Assembly: GCA_965224465.1 (NCBI GenBank)
Contig: OZ245049.1
Location: forward strand, 4,770,001-4,802,000
Reading direction: 5' to 3'
DNA length: 32,000 bases
From: Flavobacteriaceae bacterium
GTDB lineage: Bacteria > Bacteroidota > Bacteroidia > Flavobacteriales > Flavobacteriaceae
Of the stretch, positions 24,067-32,000 are shown piece by piece. The position numbers were made by a program, and so were the translations under genes. A model generated the notes under the pieces. That model worked only from the letters and a program-made list of their open reading frames with translations. It was not told the DNA's origin and made no database searches. How positions within the stretch are numbered: position 1 is the first letter of the stretch; each line of letters opens with the position of its first letter.

Positions 24067-26433
24067 ATGAAAAAGCATTTAGTTATCATATTGTTGTTTG
24101 TTTTAATTGGCAATATTGCGCTTGTTAATTCACAGTCTAAATATTTAGTAGGTTATGGGAAGACAGACATAACATATACAGAAGACGAATTAGGACTTTT
24201 TGGTTTTGGGGTTTACACTCATAGAATAAAAAAAGGAGCTATTTCTTCCCGGTTATATTCAAGAGTAATTACAGTGAAAGAATTAAAATCATCTAATTTA
24301 CTTGTTTTTATACATTTAGATTTTGGAATGGTTTCTCAGGCGATAAGGGATAAGTTAATTAACAAAATAACAATGTATTATCCTTATATACATTATAGTT
24401 CAATTATGATTACAGCATCACACACGCATCATGGTCCAAATGGGTTTGGACATTATGCGATGTATACAAGTAATACTCCTGGAATTAAGCCTAGGATGAT
24501 AAACGTTACTGTAAATAGAATTTTCAAATCTTTTCAGCATTCTATGAAGGATATGGAGATTTCTAGTTTAGAAATTAAAAAAGGAAGGTTTAAAAATAAT
24601 GTACCCGTAGCATATAATCGTGCCGTAAAAGCCTATAATAAAAATCCCGAAGTTGTTCGACGAAGTAAAAGTCAAAGTAATCTTGCTATTAATAGAGAAA
24701 TGCAAGTTTTAAACATAGTGAATGATGCTACAAATGCGAATCGAGGATTTATAAATTGGTTTGGGGTGCATCCGATAGAGATGTTGACAGATTTCAAAGA
24801 AATATCGGGAGCTTCTAAAGGCTATGCAGCTTATAGTGCAGAAAAAGAGATGGACAGTGATGTTGTAGCTATATTTGCTCAGTCTGCTGCTGGAGATGTT
24901 AGAACAGTAGATGGGCATAATTCAGAAAGATTTGACTCTATGATGCAAGGGGTCTTAAATGAACCTAATTTTCATCATAAAAAATCAAGCCTTAAGTTAT
25001 CAAAATTTAATGGAAGTTTACAGGCTAACAAGGCACTTAAAATTAGAAAATCATATAATAAGAAGAATGTTTCAGGGAAGATTGATCATGAATTAATATA
25101 TGTAGACATGTCTTCTGTTCAAGTAGATCCTGAATTTTCTTTTGGTGAGTCTGGTGATTATGCTAGAACAGGGCCACCTGTGACTGGTGTTGCACAGGTG
25201 TTTAGTACTTTTTACTATGATAATGATAAAGTTGAATTAGCAGGAGGTTCTATTTTGGGATATCTTGCTCAATTAATTCAGATTCTTGACTATCCTCATC
25301 TTTCTCAGGAAGAAAGAGATTATAAAACCGCACTGTTTTTGTCACAATATCCTAAGAGTATATTTATAGACAATCAAAATAAAACAATTTTAGGAGTCCC
25401 TCTGTCTAAGTACCCCGCAAGTATATTTTCTGATCCTTTTTCTTATTTTTTCTTTAATATTTTAAAAGATCAGGATGTTTTAGTAGAAGAGTTATTGAGG
25501 CTTCAAGATAAAGGAGCATTGGAAGAACATACCTTGATTACTAAGATTTTACCTGTTCAGGTGACTAGGATTGGTAATTTAGTGATTGCGGGTATACCAA
25601 CAGAAATTACGACAGTGGCATATAATAGGTTGCAAAAGACAATTAAAGATGCTTTTAAGCCATTAGGTGTTACGGAGGTAATTATATCTTCATATGCAAA
25701 TGAATATGCAGGCTATACAACAACCTATCAAGAATATTTTGAACAGCGTTATGAAGGAGGACACACGCTTTTTGGGAGACATCAATTAGGAGCTTTCCAA
25801 ACAATATTTAAAAAGATAGCCAAAGAGATGTTAAAACCGAAGCATTTAAGAAACCTTGATTATAGTGTGAAACCACCTCAGTTTTCAGCACATGAATTGG
25901 CTTTAAGGTCTAATTTATCGCCTTTGCCTTATGAAGAAGAAAATAAAATGTCTCGAGAAAATAAAACTGAAGTTGCTGTTTTTAATGAAATGAAATTAGA
26001 TATTAAGAAATCTAAAAAAAGTATTTCAGACGCGTTTTTAAATCAAGTACCTTTAACGCCTGTTACGTCGAGAATGGAACTTAAGCACAAGAATATATCT
26101 CATATATTATCTCAGGATGAAATTGGTTATTTAAAAAATCTACCGCTGCCTATACCTATGTCTGAGGATCTGGAAATAGATTTAGAGGAGAAAGTTACCA
26201 TAAAATTAAAACTGTTCCCTGTACCTGCAACATCGGAATTGAAAATTACAGGAAAAAACAAAAGCGATATAAGCACGGTTCGTTTTTTTAATCTAAGCGG
26301 TGGAAATGTAACGTTTAAGGTTCATTTGATTAGGTCGGATGATTGTTTTAAAATCTATGATATTAGTAAATTAAGAAGAGGTATTTACATTGTAAAAACA
26401 GACACGGAGAGTCATAAAATTATTATAAATTAA
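24067..26433 (+). CDS. Neutral/alkaline ceramidase-family hydrolase with T9SS C-terminal sorting domain
   Basis: Signal peptide. N-terminal ceramidase motifs GYGKTDITY..LGLFGFG and ASHTHHGPNG. The last ~70 aa (ELKITGKNKSDISTVRFFNLSGGNV...GIYIVKTDTESHKIIIN) look like a Por-secretion tail. Confidence 0.75.
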   Translation: MKKHLVIILLFVLIGNIALVNSQSKYLVGYGKTDITYTEDELGLFGFGVYTHRIKKGAISSRLYSRVITVKELKSSNLLVFIHLDFGMVSQAIRDKLINKITMYYPYIHYSSIMITASHTHHGPNGFGHYAMYTSNTPGIKPRMINVTVNRIFKSFQHSMKDMEISSLEIKKGRFKNNVPVAYNRAVKAYNKNPEVVRRSKSQSNLAINREMQVLNIVNDATNANRGFINWFGVHPIEMLTDFKEISGASKGYAAYSAEKEMDSDVVAIFAQSAAGDVRTVDGHNSERFDSMMQGVLNEPNFHHKKSSLKLSKFNGSLQANKALKIRKSYNKKNVSGKIDHELIYVDMSSVQVDPEFSFGESGDYARTGPPVTGVAQVFSTFYYDNDKVELAGGSILGYLAQLIQILDYPHLSQEERDYKTALFLSQYPKSIFIDNQNKTILGVPLSKYPASIFSDPFSYFFFNILKDQDVLVEELLRLQDKGALEEHTLITKILPVQVTRIGNLVIAGIPTEITTVAYNRLQKTIKDAFKPLGVTEVIISSYANEYAGYTTTYQEYFEQRYEGGHTLFGRHQLGAFQTIFKKIAKEMLKPKHLRNLDYSVKPPQFSAHELALRSNLSPLPYEEENKMSRENKTEVAVFNEMKLDIKKSKKSISDAFLNQVPLTPVTSRMELKHKNISHILSQDEIGYLKNLPLPIPMSEDLEIDLEEKVTIKLKLFPVPATSELKITGKNKSDISTVRFFNLSGGNVTFKVHLIRSDDCFKIYDISKLRRGIYIVKTDTESHKIIIN

Positions 26434-26766
26434 GTCAGTCGTTGCCTATTGTTTTTCGAATTTAACAAGGTGTTAAAGCACTGTTTTAGGAGAGGTGTTT
26501 TCGGAATGATAGAAAACCTTCATAGATCTAGTCCGTGTATAACTGCTTTTTTACAGTACATGGAACAATACCAAGTGTGTCATATCACATTTATTAAAAT
26601 CAGTATTTATGAGGGAACTATTCGACAATTAATAACGATTGTTGGTACGCTAAGGAAAGCTATGATTAAATTTTGAAATCATCAAAAGGTTCCCCTGCCA
26701 ATACACAAGTCAAATAATAAGCGTAATTTCGCAATCTTACGAGGCTTTCATAAAAGGGCAGCGCAC

Positions 26767-27123
26767 ATGAAAATGATAAGTATTCAAAAAATAAAAGTAC
26801 CACTAGATTGTAAAATTATTACAAATGATTTTCACAATTACGATCCATTAATAGCATTTACGGAAGCCGATAATTATAGGTATTTAAACGAAGATTTATT
26901 TCAATGTACCTTTCCAGAGGAGAGTCTTATTATTGATTTGGGTTGGTATGGTGATCTCAAGGAGAACACTGGAGAATTCAAAATAGATATTATTAAAAAC
27001 GAAAATTGGGAGATCCCAATGCATACTATTTACACAACATCTGTTGTTGAGGTTAAAGACTTGTTACTTAAAATTTTGGACTATTATTCGGGTATTATAG
27101 AAGAAGAAGTAGAAGAAGAATAG
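26767..27123 (+). CDS. Hypothetical small cytoplasmic protein with acidic tail
   Basis: 118-aa ORF with no signal peptide that ends in EEEVEEE. I recognise no domain. Confidence 0.45.
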   Translation: MKMISIQKIKVPLDCKIITNDFHNYDPLIAFTEADNYRYLNEDLFQCTFPEESLIIDLGWYGDLKENTGEFKIDIIKNENWEIPMHTIYTTSVVEVKDLLLKILDYYSGIIEEEVEEE

Positions 27124-27453
27124 TTATATTGTATTTATTAGACTGCTATAAAACGAATGTTTTAAGGAGGCTTGTACTGATAAAAAAACACTGAAATTCT
27201 CCTGTAAAATTGCCTTTTGCGATGTCTCTATTTAGGACTCGATTTTAAATTCTTAGATTCCATACGATTTTTTTAAAAACACTTGATTCATTTTTCTAGG
27301 TGTTTTTTTTATGCCCAGATATGCGTCATAATTTACGAAATGTTATTTGTTATGAGTAAAAATTACTGTAATTAATAACATGTATTTAAGCTGTTTATGG
27401 TTGGTTTAAAAACAAAAAATAAATAAATTCAAATTTAGAGCTAAATAATTCTA

Positions 27454-27461
27454 TATATTTG
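27454..27461 (+). promoter_or_regulatory. Candidate -7 promoter box TATATTTG for the thi operon
   Basis: Matches TAnnTTTG, 9 nt upstream of the riboswitch P1 stem. Confidence 0.5.
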
Positions 27462-27470
27462 CCTTGTTAA

Positions 27471-27551
27471 ACTTTAGGAGTAACTATTAAATAAATAGTT
27501 TGAGAAACATCCTTAGAACCTGACCTGGTTGATACCTGCGTAGGAAAAAGT
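27471..27551 (+). promoter_or_regulatory. TPP (THI-box) riboswitch aptamer
   Basis: P1 is ACTTT/AAAGT. It contains UGAGA and the conserved CCUUAGAACCUGACCUGGUUGAUACCUGCGUAGGAAA, which matches the ACCCUUUGAACCUGAUCUGGAUAAUGCCAGCGUAGGGAA consensus. It lies upstream of thiS-thiC. Confidence 0.9.
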
Positions 27552-27556
27552 GTTTG

Positions 27557-27581
27557 AATGCATGTTTGCATTTCTTCTTTT
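27557..27581 (+). terminator. Riboswitch expression-platform terminator
   Basis: AATGCA-tgtt-TGCATT followed by TCTTCTTTTT, directly after the aptamer. Confidence 0.6.
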
Positions 27582-27647
27582 TATAAGTCTCTCTATCTCT
27601 TTTTGGTTTACAGTATATAAAAATAAACCATTTTAGAACCGAATTGT

Positions 27648-29770
<2,123 letters not shown>

Positions 29771-29798
29771 TCAGTAGGATGAATTCAATAACGTATCT

Positions 29799-30398
29799 AT
29801 GTTGATTGTTATAAGTTCTGAAACGGAAATCTTAGATGAAGCAAGCAAAATAAACCAATTGTTTAGTGTTGGAATGACCTTGTTTCATCTTAGAAAACCA
29901 TTCGCTTCAAGGAAGCAATGTAAACGTTTGATCACTGCCATCGATGCCCAGTATCACCAATATATAATGCTGCATCAGTTTTATGATTTGGTTGCTGAAT
30001 TTCAAGTAAAGGGAGTGCACTTAAAAGAGGGCTTTAGAGATGTATTACAGGACAAAGGGAGTGATTTTACACAAAAGTTTCAAAGAGAAGGGTTTTGTGT
30101 GAGTGCTTCTTTTCATACAAGAGAAAAATTGGAGGCATGTACCATTCCGTTCGATTATTTTCTATTGAGCCCTGTGTTTGATTCTCTTTCTAAAAAGGGA
30201 TACAAAGGCAAAGGGTTTGATGTTTCTAATTCCCATAAAACCATTGTAGGCTTGGGAGGAATTACAGAAAAAACAATTCCATCAATGGAGCGATTAGGTT
30301 ATAAAGGAATGGCTGTCTTAGGAGCGGTATGGGGGACTGAAAACCCGGTGCTTGGGTTTAAAAAAATAAAAGAATCTTATGAGTCTTGTAGTACATAA
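29799..30398 (+). CDS. ThiE/TenI-family protein (thiamine-phosphate synthase paralog)
   Basis: 199 aa and TMP-synthase-like (LSPVFDS, GLGGI). It is the first of two ThiE-family genes in the operon. Confidence 0.7.
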   Translation: MLIVISSETEILDEASKINQLFSVGMTLFHLRKPFASRKQCKRLITAIDAQYHQYIMLHQFYDLVAEFQVKGVHLKEGFRDVLQDKGSDFTQKFQREGFCVSASFHTREKLEACTIPFDYFLLSPVFDSLSKKGYKGKGFDVSNSHKTIVGLGGITEKTIPSMERLGYKGMAVLGAVWGTENPVLGFKKIKESYESCST

Positions 30399-31155
30399 AA
30401 GAACAGGTCAAAGGCCATTGGTATTGACTATTGCTGGGTTTGATCCCTCTAGCGGGGCTGGGCTTACAGCGGATATAAAAACGATGGAGTCTTTAAAATG
30501 CTATGGGCTATCTGTGTGTACTGCCAATACTGTTCAGAACGATGTATTGTTTAAAAGTTGCCATTGGACCTCTCTTGAAATCATGAAAAATCAAATTGAT
30601 GTGTTGTTTGAACGCTTTGATATTGACTTTGTGAAAATAGGAATAGTGGAAAGTTGGGAGGTTTTAGACGCTTTGATTTCTGTAGTATTGACAAAGAATG
30701 CGGGTGTGAAAATCATTTTAGACCCCGTGTTAAAATCGAGTTCAAACTTTGTTTTTCACTCAAAGGGAAGACAGGAGTCTATATTTGATGGCATCTTAAA
30801 AAAAATTCACCTGATAACTCCTAATTATAAGGAGATTAAATTGTTGTATGCTGATAAAAGTTTGGAGGAGACCATTGCTTATATTTCTAAGCATACATCT
30901 GTACTTTTAAAAGGCGGTCATAGAGAAGATTTTTTAGGGAAGGATGTCTTGTTTCATTGCAATGGAACTTCTTTTGAAATGCTTCCAAGTGATGCTGATT
31001 GTACAGAAAAGCATGGAAGTGGTTGTGTTTTGTCGGCTGCAATTACTTGTTTTTTAGCCCAGGGATTCTCCTTAGAAGCAGCCTGTTTAAAAGGCAAGCG
31101 ATATACAGAAAAATTATTGAGTTCTACTACAAACTTATTGGGTTATCATGGATAA
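30379..31155 (+). CDS. thiD: Hydroxymethylpyrimidine/phosphomethylpyrimidine kinase ThiD
   Basis: VLTIAGFDPSSGAGLTADIKT and the GSGCVLSAAI motif. Confidence 0.88.
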   Translation: MSLVVHKRTGQRPLVLTIAGFDPSSGAGLTADIKTMESLKCYGLSVCTANTVQNDVLFKSCHWTSLEIMKNQIDVLFERFDIDFVKIGIVESWEVLDALISVVLTKNAGVKIILDPVLKSSSNFVFHSKGRQESIFDGILKKIHLITPNYKEIKLLYADKSLEETIAYISKHTSVLLKGGHREDFLGKDVLFHCNGTSFEMLPSDADCTEKHGSGCVLSAAITCFLAQGFSLEAACLKGKRYTEKLLSSTTNLLGYHG

Positions 31156-31768
31156 ATTATATTATATCTCTCAGGGAAATCATTTAGAAAATATACAAAA
31201 AGTATGTGAGTCAGGTGTTCGATTGGTTCAGTTGAGACTAAAAAACAAGCCGCTAGAGACCTATATTCAAATCGCTTTACAAGCAAAAGAAATATGTGAT
31301 TCTTACGGTGCTATTTTAATTATTAATGATAATGTTGAGGTAGCAGTACGTATAAATACACAAGGTGTTCATTTGGGGAAATCAGATAGCAGTCCTAAAA
31401 AGGCAAGGCTTTTATTAGGCAAAGATAAAATAATTGGAGCTACTGCAAATACCTATGAAGACTGTGTAGCATTGCTCGATCAACAGGTAGATTATATAGG
31501 CTTAGGTCCTTTTAGATTTACGAATACAAAACAACATTTAAGCCCAATTCTAGGATTGCAAGGCTATATAAATATTCTTAAGAAGCTTAAAAAAAGAGGG
31601 TGTAATACACCTATCTATGCTATTGGAGGCATCCAAAAGGAAGATGTAGAGGCGCTTTTTAAAACAAACATTAACGGTGTTGCTGTTTCGGGCATTTTGT
31701 CAGGAAAAACAACAGCAGAAATAAAATCAGACTATGAGTACATTAGTAATTGCGGGAACCGAATTTAA
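31148..31768 (+). CDS. thiE: Thiamine-phosphate synthase ThiE
   Basis: 206 aa with [22 protein letters not shown] and AIGGI. Confidence 0.88.
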   Translation: MDKLYYISQGNHLENIQKVCESGVRLVQLRLKNKPLETYIQIALQAKEICDSYGAILIINDNVEVAVRINTQGVHLGKSDSSPKKARLLLGKDKIIGATANTYEDCVALLDQQVDYIGLGPFRFTNTKQHLSPILGLQGYINILKKLKKRGCNTPIYAIGGIQKEDVEALFKTNINGVAVSGILSGKTTAEIKSDYEYISNCGNRI

Positions 31769-32000
31769 ATCGAGATTATTTACCGGAACAGGTAAGTTTA
31801 GTGATTCATTATTGATGGAAGAAGCCATTTTGGCATCAGAAAGTGAATTGGTAACAATGGCGTTAAAAAGAGTGAATCTCAAGGATGATCAGGATGATAT
31901 TTTATCACATTTGACAGGTGCTTCTATCAATTTATTGCCAAACACCTCTGGGGTAAGAACTGCTAAGGAAGCTGTTTTTGCAGCAGAATTAGCGAGAGAG
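31734..32000 (+). CDS. thiG: Thiazole synthase ThiG (5-prime partial, runs off the window)
   Basis: The ATG at 31734 gives [47 protein letters not shown].., 89 codons to the window end. It overlaps the end of thiE. Confidence 0.85.
   Translation, partial: MSTLVIAGTEFKSRLFTGTGKFSDSLLMEEAILASESELVTMALKRVNLKDDQDDILSHLTGASINLLPNTSGVRTAKEAVFAAELARE

Overview
Low-GC Bacteroidota window, probably Flavobacteriia: TAnnTTTG -7 promoter boxes, no Shine-Dalgarno sequences, and a T9SS C-terminal sorting domain. No rRNA, tRNA or CRISPR array was seen. Genes lie on the minus strand up to about 14.9 kb and on the plus strand after it.

(1) 1-4350 is a decaying orphan type VI secretion (Bacteroidota T6SS-iii style) hcp-vgrG-effector island. 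The hcp/tssD gene has an internal deletion and frameshift. A roughly 98-codon vgrG N-terminal stub is fused out of frame to the distal part of a GxSxG alpha/beta-hydrolase effector. A metzincin (HExxHxxGxxH) toxin gene carries an in-frame TAG, a probable frameshift and an IS1595-family insertion with an 8-bp target duplication; removing the IS restores the reading frame exactly. The two small ORFs in the immunity position (one membrane protein, one lipoprotein) are intact.

(2) 4700-9210 holds a translationally coupled three-gene cassette of unknown secreted or lipoprotein genes. It is bracketed by direct copies of a roughly 150-nt repeat (family B).

(3) A second repeat (family A, about 120-145 nt) occurs four times. 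Both families carry a 14-nt box, (G/T)ATTGTA(A/G)T(T/G)G(G/A)TA, found seven times and only on the plus strand.

(4) The core genes are: GH29 fucosidase with a PA14-like domain; an ABC-2 exporter operon with a sigma-54 activator that lacks a DNA-binding domain; a marR-fadB/J-fadA-fadE beta-oxidation operon interrupted by a dead four-helix-bundle (23S IVS-type) gene; a 1-Cys peroxiredoxin; a VOC protein; a T9SS-targeted neutral ceramidase; and a thiS-thiC-thiE-like-thiD-thiE-thiG operon controlled by a TPP riboswitch.

The candidates most worth follow-up are the strand-locked structured repeat system with the repeat-bracketed cassette, and the pattern of immunity ORFs surviving while their toxins decay.
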